From the NCBI GenBank assembly GCA_964585575.1, contig CAZPEM010000002.1, forward strand, positions 1 through 59,627: a DNA stretch of 59,627 bases, given 5' to 3'. A program made the translations under genes and the position numbers. The notes beneath the pieces are model-generated. The model saw only the letters and a list, made by a program, of their open reading frames with translations. It was not told where the DNA came from and did no database searches. How positions within the stretch are numbered: position 1 is the first letter of the stretch; every line of letters starts with the position of its first letter. Positions 23,762 through 33,488 of the stretch are shown one piece after another. Source of the DNA: an uncultured Chitinophagaceae bacterium (GTDB lineage Bacteria > Planctomycetota > Planctomycetia > Pirellulales > UBA1268).

Positions 23762-24985
23762 ATGAGCGATTTGATCAAGGTATGGGTGGCCGAATTCGGT
23801 GACCGCGGCCACTACCAACTGCAGTGGCGAGATCCCATCACCAACAGGCTGCGCACCAAAAGCACCCGGATCCGCAGGTCGGGGCTCTCCCGCGATCGCA
23901 AAGTCGCTGAGCGGATGGCCGGCGAACTCGAGGCGAAGCTGAACGCCGGCGAGGCAGTCATCCCCTCGCGGTTTCTCTGGGAGGACTTCCGCTCGCGATA
24001 CGAAGCGGAGGTGGTGCCCGGCCTCGCAGCGCGAACCGGCGAGAAGATCGCGTCGGTTTTCGACCGCTTTCAAAAGGAAATCAACCCGCGTCGTTTGTGG
24101 GACGTGGACGAGAAGCGGCTGTCCGCCTTTGTCTCCAAGCTCCGCAAGGGCGAGGGGGAGGGGGGCAAGGGGAAGTTGGCGGAATCGACGATCGCCGGCC
24201 ACCTCGCGCACCTGAAGGCGGCGCTCAACTGGGCCAAGTCGCAGAAGCTGATCGCCCACCTGCCGTCGTTCCCGCGGATCAAGCGCGCGAAGATGTCGAA
24301 GGGCGCCAAGGTCATGCGCGGCCGCCCGATCACGACCGAGGAGTTCGAGCGCATGCTGGGCAAGGTGGAGGATGTCGTCAGCCAAGCGGCGGCGGCCCGT
24401 TGGACGTTTTTTCTGCGGGGTCTTTGGACGAGTGGCCTACGGCTCACCGAATCGCTCGAACTCTATTGGGACCAAGAAGACAAACTACACCCCGTTCTGA
24501 CCGGCAAGTTCCCGATGCTCCGGATCCCCGCCGACCTGGAGAAGGGCAACAAGGAGCGGCTACTACCGATGGCGCCCGAATTCGCTGAACTGCTCCAGGG
24601 TGTACCGGAAGCCGACCGCACCGGGCCGGTGTTCAACCTCGAACGCGCCGACGGCAAGCCGGGCAAGCCGGCGGTCGATCGGGTGTCGAAGACCGTCAGC
24701 AGTATCGGTGCGAAGGCAAAGGTGCGGGTGGACGTGAAAAAAACCGCGTCGGCGCACGACCTGCGGCGGGCCTTCGGCGAGCGTTGGGCCGCCAGGTTGA
24801 TGCCTGCCCAGCTGATGGAGTTGATGCGGCACGAGACGATCGAAACGACCCTCTCCTATTACGTGGGCCGTAACGCCGAGAGGACCGCCGCCATCCTGTG
24901 GCACGAGCACGAGAAAGCGACGGAGCCGGGGCGGAAACCGGACGTGAAAAAGCCACGCGGAAAGCGCGGCAAAACGAGCACGTGA
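23762..24985 (+). CDS. tyrosine recombinase / phage-type integrase
   Basis: 407 aa. C-terminal SAHDLRRAFGERWA...LMRHETIETTLSYYV carries the H-x-x-R ... H ... Y catalytic signature. Adjacent to the tRNA 3' end. Confidence 0.85.
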   Translation: MSDLIKVWVAEFGDRGHYQLQWRDPITNRLRTKSTRIRRSGLSRDRKVAERMAGELEAKLNAGEAVIPSRFLWEDFRSRYEAEVVPGLAARTGEKIASVFDRFQKEINPRRLWDVDEKRLSAFVSKLRKGEGEGGKGKLAESTIAGHLAHLKAALNWAKSQKLIAHLPSFPRIKRAKMSKGAKVMRGRPITTEEFERMLGKVEDVVSQAAAARWTFFLRGLWTSGLRLTESLELYWDQEDKLHPVLTGKFPMLRIPADLEKGNKERLLPMAPEFAELLQGVPEADRTGPVFNLERADGKPGKPAVDRVSKTVSSIGAKAKVRVDVKKTASAHDLRRAFGERWAARLMPAQLMELMRHETIETTLSYYVGRNAERTAAILWHEHEKATEPGRKPDVKKPRGKRGKTST

Positions 24986-25004
24986 CCGGGTGAAAAAAAC
25001 TGCT

Positions 25005-25028
25005 GCGCCTAACAGTGCGCCTAACAGT
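25005..25028 (+). repeat. perfect tandem 12-mer (gcgcctaacagt x2)
   Basis: Read directly at 25005-25016 and 25017-25028, between the integrase stop and the tRNA-Leu 3' end. Confidence 0.7.
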
Positions 25029-25099
25029 CGGCCCCTTCAGGGGGTGAGCACGCGGGGCCGCCCGATCGCGAACCCCACGCTTTCCCGTCGAATACTGAA

Positions 25100-25182
25100 T
25101 GCCGGAGGTGGGACTTGAACCCACACGCCCTTGCGGGCAACGGATTTTGAGTCCGCCGCGTCTGCCATTCCGCCACTCCGGC
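25100..25182 (-). tRNA. tRNA-Leu (anticodon CAA)
   Basis: The reverse complement folds as a cloverleaf: acceptor gccggag/ctccggc, anticodon loop ctCAAaa, long variable arm tgcccgcaagggcgt, T arm gtggg-ttcaagt-cccac. CCA is not encoded. Confidence 0.85.
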
Positions 25183-25261
25183 TCTTGAGGGGCGCTTTCT
25201 GCCCGAGCAGCGTACGCCCGGCCGACGCGATTTTCCAGTGAGCCGGCCGGCCCTGGACCGA

Positions 25262-25753
25262 TCAGAGGTTCATGCCCAGGTAGCCGCCGCCGGCGTCGAT
25301 CGCCGCCTGCTCCTTCGCGAGCCGATCGAGCGTTCGCGAGAGGTCGCCCGCGGCGATGTAGCGGTCAAACTCGACCTGCACCGCCCGCTCGGCCGTCTTG
25401 CAAAGCCACTTCACGGCGGGCTCCGTGAGCCAGTCGCAGGTCTCACGGACGAGCTTCACCTCGAGATCGCTCCCCACGGTGCGGCTGTCGAGCTCGTCGG
25501 TCAGCAGCGTTCCCTCGATCGCGAACTCCACCATGCCGATCATGGGATCGTTCGTGAGTTGAAACGTGCAGGAGGCGTTTGTGAGATAATAGGTGTTGCG
25601 GGTGCCGTGCCGGGCGACCGCCCGTTGCATCCGCTCGAGCCGCGATCGAAACACGGGCGAGGCGTCGATCGGGATGTCGAGTCTGGCACAGCCGCGGAGC
25701 GGCGTGCAGTCAAACGTGATCCTGACGGCTGGCCGGGAAGGTTCGGCGGTCAT
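25262..25753 (-). CDS. conserved hypothetical protein (163 aa)
   Basis: Clean ORF with balanced composition. No family recognised. Confidence 0.5.
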   Translation of the reverse strand: MTAEPSRPAVRITFDCTPLRGCARLDIPIDASPVFRSRLERMQRAVARHGTRNTYYLTNASCTFQLTNDPMIGMVEFAIEGTLLTDELDSRTVGSDLEVKLVRETCDWLTEPAVKWLCKTAERAVQVEFDRYIAAGDLSRTLDRLAKEQAAIDAGGGYLGMNL

Positions 25754-25817
25754 GTGGTTACCGGATCGAAGGTGTAGCCAAGTGTACCTAATTCAACTCC
25801 TGCGAACGCCTTGCAGC

Positions 25818-26912
25818 ATGTCCTCCGGGAGTGTCGCCTCCAGGAGCGACGTCGCCCGACGAAGGGCCCTCGCGGCGGCAGCTCTCGCAGCGTTCGCCAT
25901 CGGTATCATCGGCGGCTGCCTTGGCGAAAAGGTGGAAAAGAAGTTCGACGCGACCCGCCGGCTCATGGGGGTGGCGTGGACGATCACGGCGTATGCCGAA
26001 ACGAAGGATCGGGCGGAGGCGGCGATGGCGGCCGCTTTCCAGGAGATCGCCAGGCTCGAGCGGATCCTCTCCGACTACGACCCGGAGAGCGAACTCTCAC
26101 GGCTTTCCGCCCGGTCGCCCACGATTGCGCCCGTCGGGGAGGACCTGTGGAAGGTGCTCGAACGGGCGGTCTGGTTTCGTGACACAAGCGGCGGGGCATT
26201 CGATCCGACCGTCGGGCCGCTCACGACGCTCTGGCGGCAGGCGCGACGCTCGGGCAGGCTTCCCGATCCAGGCAAGCTCGCCGCGGCACGGGCGGCCGTC
26301 GGGCCTGCGAGCCTTCGGCTCGATCACGGCGATCGCTCGGTCGAGCTTCGGCAGCCCGGCATGCGGCTCGATCTGGGCGGCATCGGCATGGGCCATGCCG
26401 TCGATGCCGCGATGGCCGTCCTCGCGCGGCATGGCATCCGCTCGGCGATGATCGACGCCTCGGGCGACATCGCCGTCTCGTCGCCGCCTCCGGGAAAACG
26501 CGGATGGCGAATCGCGATCGACCCGGTGCGAAGCGGGCGGCCGCGGGAAGCCGACGGATCAGGCGGCATGGGCACCACGTTCGTCGAACTCGTCGACGCC
26601 GCCATCACGACCTCGGGCGATGCCTTCCAGGCGGTCGAGATTGACGGCATCCGCTACAGCCACATCGTCGATCCTCGGACCGGCGTCGGTGTCTTCGGAC
26701 CTTCCGCGGTGACCGTGATCGCGGCCGACTGCACCACGGCCGATGCGGCGGCGACCGCCGCGAGCGTCCTAGGGCCGGAGGCGGGCACCGCGTTCATCGA
26801 AGAACTTCCCGGAGCGGCAGCGAGGTTCCAGTGGGTCGAGCGGGGTGAGCCTCGCGCCCTCCCGACCGGCCGCTGGCCGGTCCAGCCGCCGCGAAATAGA
26901 GGCGAACCGTGA
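25818..26912 (+). CDS. apbE: FAD:protein FMN transferase ApbE (lipoprotein)
   Basis: Internal ATG at 25818. Lipobox IIGGC. ApbE-like RLMGVAWTITAY..., FDPTVGPL, LDLGGIGMGHAVD, SGD...GRRYSHIVDPRTG pattern. Confidence 0.8.
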   Translation: MSSGSVASRSDVARRRALAAAALAAFAIGIIGGCLGEKVEKKFDATRRLMGVAWTITAYAETKDRAEAAMAAAFQEIARLERILSDYDPESELSRLSARSPTIAPVGEDLWKVLERAVWFRDTSGGAFDPTVGPLTTLWRQARRSGRLPDPGKLAAARAAVGPASLRLDHGDRSVELRQPGMRLDLGGIGMGHAVDAAMAVLARHGIRSAMIDASGDIAVSSPPPGKRGWRIAIDPVRSGRPREADGSGGMGTTFVELVDAAITTSGDAFQAVEIDGIRYSHIVDPRTGVGVFGPSAVTVIAADCTTADAAATAASVLGPEAGTAFIEELPGAAARFQWVERGEPRALPTGRWPVQPPRNRGEP

Positions 26913-27165
26913 CAGCCGCCGACCTTTTTCACCTCGCCAGCGTGCCCGAATTTCCCAGATTGTCGCCAACGCGTCGGCTGGGCGGATTGCTCCAAGTTTG
27001 ACGATCGGGGGGCCGATACCACTTTCGCTGTCGCTGCGCCCTGGTGCATCGACTGCGGCATCGGTCGGGGGGCTCGATGTCGGGATGGGTGCCATGCGCA
27101 GCCGTCCCCCAGGGCGCGGCGACGGCCTTTGAACGACGACACGCACAACACCGAGAACCTGGAAC

Positions 27166-29472
27166 GTGCCCCCCCGGCAGCTCCGACAAATCTGGGTCGC
27201 CTGGACGAGCCTTTCGCTCGTCGCGGTGGGCTGCGCCCCGAAGCAGCCGTTCTATTTCTTCGAGGACGGCGACCTCTCGCACTACGTCGGCGCGATCCAG
27301 AAGCTCGAGTATCCCGACGCCCAGGACAAGCCGCTCGACGAGGCGGCCGGAACGCTCGAGCCGCTCACGCTCTCCAACGCGAGATTCGACAACATCTGGG
27401 AGCTTTCGCTCGAGGAGTCGATCCGAACGGCACTGGAGAATGGCAAAGTCCTGAGAAATCTCGGAGGCCGGTTCGCGAGCTTCGGCGGCCCGAGGCCGCA
27501 GACGGGCGAGCCGCCGGTGTCACTCCTCACGGCGCCCGATCTCACGCCGACGATCTACGACCCGGCGATCGCGGAGACCGACCCCTTCCGCGGCGTCGAG
27601 AGCGCGCTTGCGGCCTTCGACGCGCAGCTCAACGCGTCGAGCGTGTGGGAATCGGGCAACCGGCCGCAGAACGTCGATCCGAACTTCCAGTCGATCCTCT
27701 TCGTGCCAGTGCTCAAGACCGTCACGGGGAATAACACGGTGGGGGTCAGCAAGAGAACCGCGACCGGTGCGACGTTCGGCGCCTCGAACTCGCTCATCGC
27801 CAACAACACGAACAACGCCTTCCGCGACGTCAACACGACCTGGACGACGCAGTACGACTTCACGTTCAGCCAGCCGCTCTTGCAGGGGGCGGGCGTCACC
27901 TACAACCGGATCGCGGGGCCGGACGCGTTCGAGAACGTCTTCGGTCGGCCGAACTTCCGCGGCGTGCTGCTCGCGAGGATCAACGCCGACATCTCGCTCG
28001 CCGAGTTCGAGGCGGGCGTGCGGAACCTCGTGAGCGATGTGGAGCAGTCGTACTGGGAGCTCTACTTCTCCTACCGCAACCTCGAGGCGAGGAAGGCGGG
28101 CCGCGACAGCGCCCTCGAGGCCTGGCGGAAGGTGCACGCTCTCTACGTCGAGCAGTCGCGGGGCGGCGAGGCCGACAAGGAGGCGCAGGCCCGCGAGCAG
28201 TACTTCTTCTTCCGCAGCGAGGTGGAGCAGGCGCTCACCGACGTCTACCGCTGTGAGAACCGTCTGCGGTACATGATGGGGATCACCGCGAGCGACGGTC
28301 GGCTCATCCGGCCGGCCGACGAGCCGACGACGGCCCGCATCGCCTTCGACTGGCAGCAGTCGCTCGTCGAGGCCCTCTCGCGGTCGGCGGAGCTGCGGAA
28401 GCAGAAGTGGCGGATCAAGCAGAAGGAGCTCGAACTCGTCGCCGCCAAGAACCTGCTCCTGCCGCGGCTCGATCTCGTCGGCCGTTGGCGGGCGCTCGGC
28501 GTCGGCGAGCAGCTGCTCAACCAGAACTACCAGCCGTTCCCCAACAGGCTCTCCGGCCTGCCTGCCCCCGCACCCGATCCGGCCGACTCGCTCGAGGGCA
28601 CCGACGCCTACTCGACGCTCTTGAGCGGCAACTTCTACGAGTGGCAGGCGGGCGCTCAGTTCCAGATGCCGCTCGGATTCCGCCGGGAGCTCTCGACCGT
28701 GAGGAACTACCAGCTCCAGCTGGCACGCGAACGGGCTCGGCTCCAGGATGAGGAACTCGAGGCGTCGCACGCGCTCGTCGAGGCCGTGCGAAACGTCGAT
28801 ACCAACTTCGCCCTCGCCCAGACCAACTTCAACCGACGCGTCGCGGCCGAGAAGCAGGTCGACGCCGTGCAGGCCGCCTACGATGCCGGCACCGTCACGC
28901 TCGACCAGCTTCTCGACGCCCAGCGCCGCCGGGCCGAGGCCGAAAGCACCTACTACCGCGCCCTCGTCGACTACAACCGCTCGATCGCGCAGCTCCATTT
29001 CCGGAAGGGATCGCTCCTCGAATACAACGGCGTCTTCCTCGCCGAGGGGCCGTGGCCGGGGAAGGCCTACTTCGACGCACACCGCCGGGCCCGCCAGCGG
29101 GATGCGAGCATCTACCTCGACTACAGGCACTCTCGGCCGGGCGTCTTCAGCCGGGGGCCGATCACGCAGGAGTTCGAGTCGATCGGGGCCGACGCGAAAG
29201 CGACGCAGCTGCCGCCGCGGGATCCGGCGACCCGTGAGCCGGGCGAGGCGGCCCCGCAGCCTGCGTCGACGCCCGACCTGCTGCCGACCCCCGCCGACGG
29301 CTCCACGACCGCGATCCCGTCAACGCTACCGCAGGCCGCCGATGCGGTGGACGCGGGCGTGCGGTTTCCCGAAGGGCGGATGAGCCGCCGATTCTTCCCG
29401 GCCTCCAGCCCCGTGCCGCCGGGCCGCGAGGTGACGACGCCCGACGCCGCCTCCGCCACGCAGCTGCGATAG
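27166..29472 (+). CDS. TolC-family outer membrane efflux protein (lipoprotein)
   Basis: 768 aa. Lipobox LVAVGC. Repeated coiled-coil/beta-barrel halves with typical TolC motifs (LSLEESIRTALENG, TVTLDQLLDAQRRRAEAESTYYRALVDYN). Confidence 0.75.
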   Translation: MPPRQLRQIWVAWTSLSLVAVGCAPKQPFYFFEDGDLSHYVGAIQKLEYPDAQDKPLDEAAGTLEPLTLSNARFDNIWELSLEESIRTALENGKVLRNLGGRFASFGGPRPQTGEPPVSLLTAPDLTPTIYDPAIAETDPFRGVESALAAFDAQLNASSVWESGNRPQNVDPNFQSILFVPVLKTVTGNNTVGVSKRTATGATFGASNSLIANNTNNAFRDVNTTWTTQYDFTFSQPLLQGAGVTYNRIAGPDAFENVFGRPNFRGVLLARINADISLAEFEAGVRNLVSDVEQSYWELYFSYRNLEARKAGRDSALEAWRKVHALYVEQSRGGEADKEAQAREQYFFFRSEVEQALTDVYRCENRLRYMMGITASDGRLIRPADEPTTARIAFDWQQSLVEALSRSAELRKQKWRIKQKELELVAAKNLLLPRLDLVGRWRALGVGEQLLNQNYQPFPNRLSGLPAPAPDPADSLEGTDAYSTLLSGNFYEWQAGAQFQMPLGFRRELSTVRNYQLQLARERARLQDEELEASHALVEAVRNVDTNFALAQTNFNRRVAAEKQVDAVQAAYDAGTVTLDQLLDAQRRRAEAESTYYRALVDYNRSIAQLHFRKGSLLEYNGVFLAEGPWPGKAYFDAHRRARQRDASIYLDYRHSRPGVFSRGPITQEFESIGADAKATQLPPRDPATREPGEAAPQPASTPDLLPTPADGSTTAIPSTLPQAADAVDAGVRFPEGRMSRRFFPASSPVPPGREVTTPDAASATQLR

Positions 29473-29474
29473 GT

Positions 29475-30626
29475 TCACCGGCCGGGAAGCGCCGCGGCGG
29501 TGATCGCCTCGCGGAGCCGATCGGGATCCCGTGAACGGATCGCGTCGAGCCGATCCTTCGCTTCCGGCCGCGGGCAGGCGACGAGGTAGCCCGCGACGGC
29601 GCGGCGGACGAGCGGGTCGTCGTCGCCGAGCGAGTCCCAGAGCGCCGCGACGGAGTGGGCGTGATCCCACTCGCGGTAGCGGGCAAGATCGACCGTTGCC
29701 TCGGCGGCGACGACCGGCGCGGCGAGGAGCTTCGCCGTGGCAGCGGCTATCCACGGCCTGGGAATCGAGTCGGCCAGGCTTTCCCACGCGAATCGCAGGG
29801 CGGAAAGAAGGTGCCGCTGATCGACCGGACGGGCTTCGGGCCGCAGCAGCCCCGCCTGCTCGATCACGTCGAGCCCGCGCGGGCCCTCCGCCACCAGCAG
29901 GCCCGCAAGCAGGCCGTCGTAGCCCGCGCGGAAGTCGTCGGCCGGCGCGAGCACCGACTTCCGCAGCATGTCGACCGAGGCATCGCGTTGTGCCGCGTGC
30001 TTCGCGGTCGTCGCCGTGAGTCCGACCGCGAGGGCATAGAAGCCACGGCGGCGTTCGTCGATTCCCTCGCCTGCGACCCACTGCCGAAGCTTCACCGGAT
30101 CGAAGGCATCGGCGACGTTTCGGACGGCGTCGAACGGGGCGAGGCCGAATTCGGTGAAGGCGTCTTCGGCGATCGCCGGCTCCGGATGCTCGAGCCGTGT
30201 CGCGAACCATCGCAGCCGCTTTTCGGCGGGATCACCCGAGGCGGGGGCCGCGGCGACATGGCCGATCAACGCCTCGTCGGCGGCGACCGCAGTCCATCGC
30301 TCGGGCTTCCCCGCGGCCGCATCGTCCGACTCGCCGAAGAGGATCGCGGTGCCCTTCGCCGGCGACTCGACGCGGGCCGTGGCGGTCTTCGGCGGATCGC
30401 CACCGCCGCGGAGCACCGTCAGCACGCGAAACGTCTGGATCGCGATCCCCGAGGCGTCTTTGCCGGGGTCGCCGGCGGGCTCCGCCACGACCGTCAGGTC
30501 CGCGGCGTCCCGCCGCTCGGCGAGCGACCGGCCGACGACCCCGCAGAACGGACAGCCCGCGGCCTCGGCCGAAATGGCCACGACCATCACCGCCGCGATG
30601 GTTCGTTCCAGGATCGCGGATCGCAT
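29475..30626 (-). CDS. secreted CPFC-motif / helical-repeat protein, paralog 2
   Basis: Signal peptide then AAGCPFCG. Full-length by-eye similarity to 34781-36328, including the C-terminal YLVACPRPEAKDRLDAI motif. Confidence 0.6.
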   Translation of the reverse strand: MRSAILERTIAAVMVVAISAEAAGCPFCGVVGRSLAERRDAADLTVVAEPAGDPGKDASGIAIQTFRVLTVLRGGGDPPKTATARVESPAKGTAILFGESDDAAAGKPERWTAVAADEALIGHVAAAPASGDPAEKRLRWFATRLEHPEPAIAEDAFTEFGLAPFDAVRNVADAFDPVKLRQWVAGEGIDERRRGFYALAVGLTATTAKHAAQRDASVDMLRKSVLAPADDFRAGYDGLLAGLLVAEGPRGLDVIEQAGLLRPEARPVDQRHLLSALRFAWESLADSIPRPWIAAATAKLLAAPVVAAEATVDLARYREWDHAHSVAALWDSLGDDDPLVRRAVAGYLVACPRPEAKDRLDAIRSRDPDRLREAITAAALPGR

Positions 30627-30638
30627 GGGCGATAACTT

Positions 30639-31307
30639 TTACAGGTAGGCCGCCGAGGCCCGCTCGCGGTGCATCCGCTGCCGCCAGTAGGGCGTCGTGC
30701 AGAGCAAAAGCGTCCCGGTGCCCCGGTAGACGAACGCCCGTTTCTGCCCCGAAAGCCAGAAGGCGAGGAGCGACTTCGCCGGCCGGCCGATCGACAGCGA
30801 GATGCCGTCGGTCCGGGCGATCACGAACGGGCCGTCGGCGACGAGCTGTTCGTTGTCGAGCGTCACTTCCTCCACGGGGCCATCCACCTGGAGCACGGCC
30901 TGCCCTTCCCCGCGAAGCGTCGTCTTGTACCAGAAGAGCCCCTCGCCGGCCCAGTAGCTCGTCCAGAGCCGCTCGCGGTGGATCGAGAGGTTCACCTCGC
31001 CGTCGCTCGCCCAGAAGCACTTCGTGTCGAGGATCCACCGCTCCTCGGGCTTCACCCGCAGCATGTGGTACCCGCCGAGCGTCGAGTCGAGGTAGACGTT
31101 TCCCGTGCCGAAGTAGCGGGGCCGCACCACCGACTCGTCGGAAAAGAGCGACACCCACCAGCTGGCGAGCGACGGCAGGGGCACGTCCATCGAGATCGCA
31201 CCCTTCATGTGGTTGAGGGCGCCCCGCTCCGTGCGGACGTCGTCTTCATCGAGGCCGACCTTCACCCACCGCATGCCTTCGGTGGACTCGACTTCAAACG
31301 TCGCCAT
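30639..31307 (-). CDS. AIM24-family protein (DUF124/TIGR00266-like)
   Basis: MATFEVESTEGMRWVKV...GEGLFWYKTTLRGEGQAVL... is typical of AIM24. ATG at 31307 with GAGGTGG RBS. 14-nt overlap with the upstream gene. Confidence 0.65.
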   Translation of the reverse strand: MATFEVESTEGMRWVKVGLDEDDVRTERGALNHMKGAISMDVPLPSLASWWVSLFSDESVVRPRYFGTGNVYLDSTLGGYHMLRVKPEERWILDTKCFWASDGEVNLSIHRERLWTSYWAGEGLFWYKTTLRGEGQAVLQVDGPVEEVTLDNEQLVADGPFVIARTDGISLSIGRPAKSLLAFWLSGQKRAFVYRGTGTLLLCTTPYWRQRMHRERASAAYL

Positions 31308-32586
31308 GGATGTCCACCTCTTGGCCACGCTCGATGCCGCCATCGGTCCAGTCGCACTTCCAGCCCGGGAAAGCGATCTCGGGGTAGGGATCCGGCGGGA
31401 TCGGAACCCCGGAATCGTGGACGATGTCGAACTGCCGGTCCGCGAGAACTCGTCCGATGCGGAAATACTTCGAGCAGTGCTGCGTCTTCGGGTCGAGTTC
31501 GATCCGGCCGCCGGGCCCGTCGTAGCCGAGGCCGTCGCGGAACGCCTGCCGCACCGCGGTCGTTGCGAACGAGCCCGCCTTCTCGACCGCTCGCCTCCAG
31601 AGCTCGACGAGACACCAGCCGGCCTCCATCGCGTCGCCGGTCACGCGGTCGTGGCCGAACTCCCGCCGGAATCCCTCGATCCAGTCGCGGTTGGCCTCGC
31701 CAGGAAGGCTCTGGAAGTAGCTCGACACCGCATAGTGCCCCTTCACGTGGTCGGGGAGCATGCTCCGCAGATCATCCTCCGCGATGCTCGTCGAGACGAC
31801 CGGCAGCCGCGAGGCGGAGAGCCGCTCGGCGGCGATCGCCGCGAAGAAGCCGATGTTCGACTCGCCGTTGATCGTGTTCAAGACGCAGTCGGCCTCCGAC
31901 TCCGCGATTACGCGGACGGCCTCGCGGAAGTCGTGCTGCTCGAGCGGGTAGTAGGCCTCGCCCGCGGGCTGGAGGCCCTTCGAGGCGAGGTATTTCTTCG
32001 CGATGTAGTTGGCCGTCCGCGGGAAGACGTAGTCGGACCCGATGAGGTAGACCCGCTTCCGCGAGCCGCCCGCCTCCGAGAGCAGCCAGTCGATCGTCGG
32101 GAAGATCTGCTGGTTGGGCACGGAGTTGCCGTAGACGACGTTCTTCGACGACTCGTTTCCCTCGTACTGCACGGCGTAGAAGAGCAGCTTGTCGGCCTCC
32201 TCGAAGACCGGCAGCACGGCCTTGCGGCTCGCGCTCGTCCAGCAGCCGAAGACGGCCGCGGCCCCGGCGTCGAGGAGGCCTCGGGCCCGGATGGGGAAGA
32301 GGTCGTTCCGCGACCGCGGGTCGGGAGCCAGCAGTTCGACCTGGTGCCCGAGGATGCCCCCCTTTTCATTGATCCGCTCGAAGGCGTGGATCTGGATGTC
32401 GCGAAGCGAGGTCGCGCTGATCGCCAGCGGGCCCGTCTGCGAGTGCAGCAGGCCGACCTTGACCTTCCTCGCCTTCGGCGGGATGCCGAGCGAGCAGCCG
32501 GCAAAGATCGCAGGCGCAATCGCCCTCGCCGCCGCGAGCGTCGCCGCCATGCCCGAACCGATCGCCTTCCGCCGCGTGACGTTCAT
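31294..32586 (-). CDS. UrtA/FmdD-like urea/short-chain-amide periplasmic binding protein with Tat signal
   Basis: RRKAIGSGMAATLAAA Tat-like leader. VKVGLLHSQTGPLAISATSL, FGCWTSASRKAVLPVFE, LIGSDYVFPRTAN, VTGDAMEAGW match UrtA-type binding proteins. Confidence 0.75.
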   Translation of the reverse strand: MNVTRRKAIGSGMAATLAAARAIAPAIFAGCSLGIPPKARKVKVGLLHSQTGPLAISATSLRDIQIHAFERINEKGGILGHQVELLAPDPRSRNDLFPIRARGLLDAGAAAVFGCWTSASRKAVLPVFEEADKLLFYAVQYEGNESSKNVVYGNSVPNQQIFPTIDWLLSEAGGSRKRVYLIGSDYVFPRTANYIAKKYLASKGLQPAGEAYYPLEQHDFREAVRVIAESEADCVLNTINGESNIGFFAAIAAERLSASRLPVVSTSIAEDDLRSMLPDHVKGHYAVSSYFQSLPGEANRDWIEGFRREFGHDRVTGDAMEAGWCLVELWRRAVEKAGSFATTAVRQAFRDGLGYDGPGGRIELDPKTQHCSKYFRIGRVLADRQFDIVHDSGVPIPPDPYPEIAFPGWKCDWTDGGIERGQEVDIHGDV

Positions 32587-32587
32587 G

Positions 32588-33391
32588 TCAGCCCTCGTTC
32601 ATCCTCCGGTAGAGCACCTCGAACGGCTCGGCCGTGATGCTCACGTCGCCGCGGAACGGCTGGTTCATGTCGACGATCAGGTAGATCATCGTCCCCAGGT
32701 AGGCCGCGAGGATGCCGCCGAGCAACAGCTGCGTGATGAACCGCATCTCGAAGAGCCAGCACATCGCGACGGTGAGGACGGCCCCCAGGATCATCACGTA
32801 CCACATCGACGCCGGCAGGCCCGACTTCACCGAGTAGAGCCGCATCCGGCGGCACTCGAGGAAGTGATTGAGCTGCCGCAAGGCCTCGGCGTGAAGGATC
32901 TCCTCGGAGGGGGTCTTCGGCTGGAAGTCGAGGAGGCGGTCGTGGAACGCCTCAGCCCGGATCGTTCCCTCCTGGGGAATGATGCCCTGCTGCTGGAGCG
33001 GCCAGGCGTACTTGATCACGTACCGCGTGTAGTCTCTGAGGAGCCAGCGAAGGTTCTGGCCGAAGGGCTCGGGATAGCGGGAGACGTCCTCGTAGAGCGC
33101 CGAGAGCGCGGCCGCCTCGCGGGTGACGTTCGAGCCCGCCTCCGAGACGTTCTGGTAGGCCGTCACGGCGATGAGGCCGAGCAGCAGGCCGTAGAAGACG
33201 CAGAAGCAGGAGAGCACGTAGCCGACGATGTCGTTCGACCCCGGCATGTGCTTCACGAACTGCCGCAGGATCGGCCGCAGCAAGATCGCCCCGATCCAGT
33301 AGAAACCCACCGACACCGCGATCGCGAGCAACGCGAGCTTGTGGGAGGGAATGTCGTAGATCCAGAGCCAGTCGGCGAGAGGAAGCGTCAT
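32588..33391 (-). CDS. DUF4239-family membrane protein
   Basis: 267 aa with N- and C-terminal TM pairs. The C-terminal DMNQPFRGDVSITAEPF motif is typical of DUF4239. Confidence 0.6.
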   Translation of the reverse strand: MTLPLADWLWIYDIPSHKLALLAIAVSVGFYWIGAILLRPILRQFVKHMPGSNDIVGYVLSCFCVFYGLLLGLIAVTAYQNVSEAGSNVTREAAALSALYEDVSRYPEPFGQNLRWLLRDYTRYVIKYAWPLQQQGIIPQEGTIRAEAFHDRLLDFQPKTPSEEILHAEALRQLNHFLECRRMRLYSVKSGLPASMWYVMILGAVLTVAMCWLFEMRFITQLLLGGILAAYLGTMIYLIVDMNQPFRGDVSITAEPFEVLYRRMNEG

Positions 33392-33488
33392 GGTTTCGAT
33401 GGTACCAACGCCCCGGGGCCGGTGCAGGCCGCGGGTTTTCCCGCCGGTAAACCCCCTTCGGCCCCGAACACCGGCCCGAGAAGGCCCT

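Larger units (their letters stand above)
1..25099. mobile_element. integrative genomic island (partial; right end at tRNA-Leu, left end outside the window) carrying BREX
   Basis: The integrase faces the tRNA 3' end. Also present: excisionase-like HTH, polymerase, iterons and plasmid-like DUF1257/DUF2997/AAA genes. GC is heterogeneous compared with the core genes to the right. Confidence 0.5.

Noticed and set aside
27520-29130. 536-aa minus-strand ORF opposite the TolC-like gene
   Set aside because: It is antisense to a gene with a lipobox and TolC repeats, and its composition is Arg/Glu/Val/Gly-rich with no motifs.
29531-31216. Arg-rich plus and minus ORFs (29531-30019, 30197-31216, 30232-31158, 29326-30210)
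   Set aside because: Extreme Arg/Pro/Gly content. They overlap the better-supported CPFC paralog and AIM24 genes in other frames.
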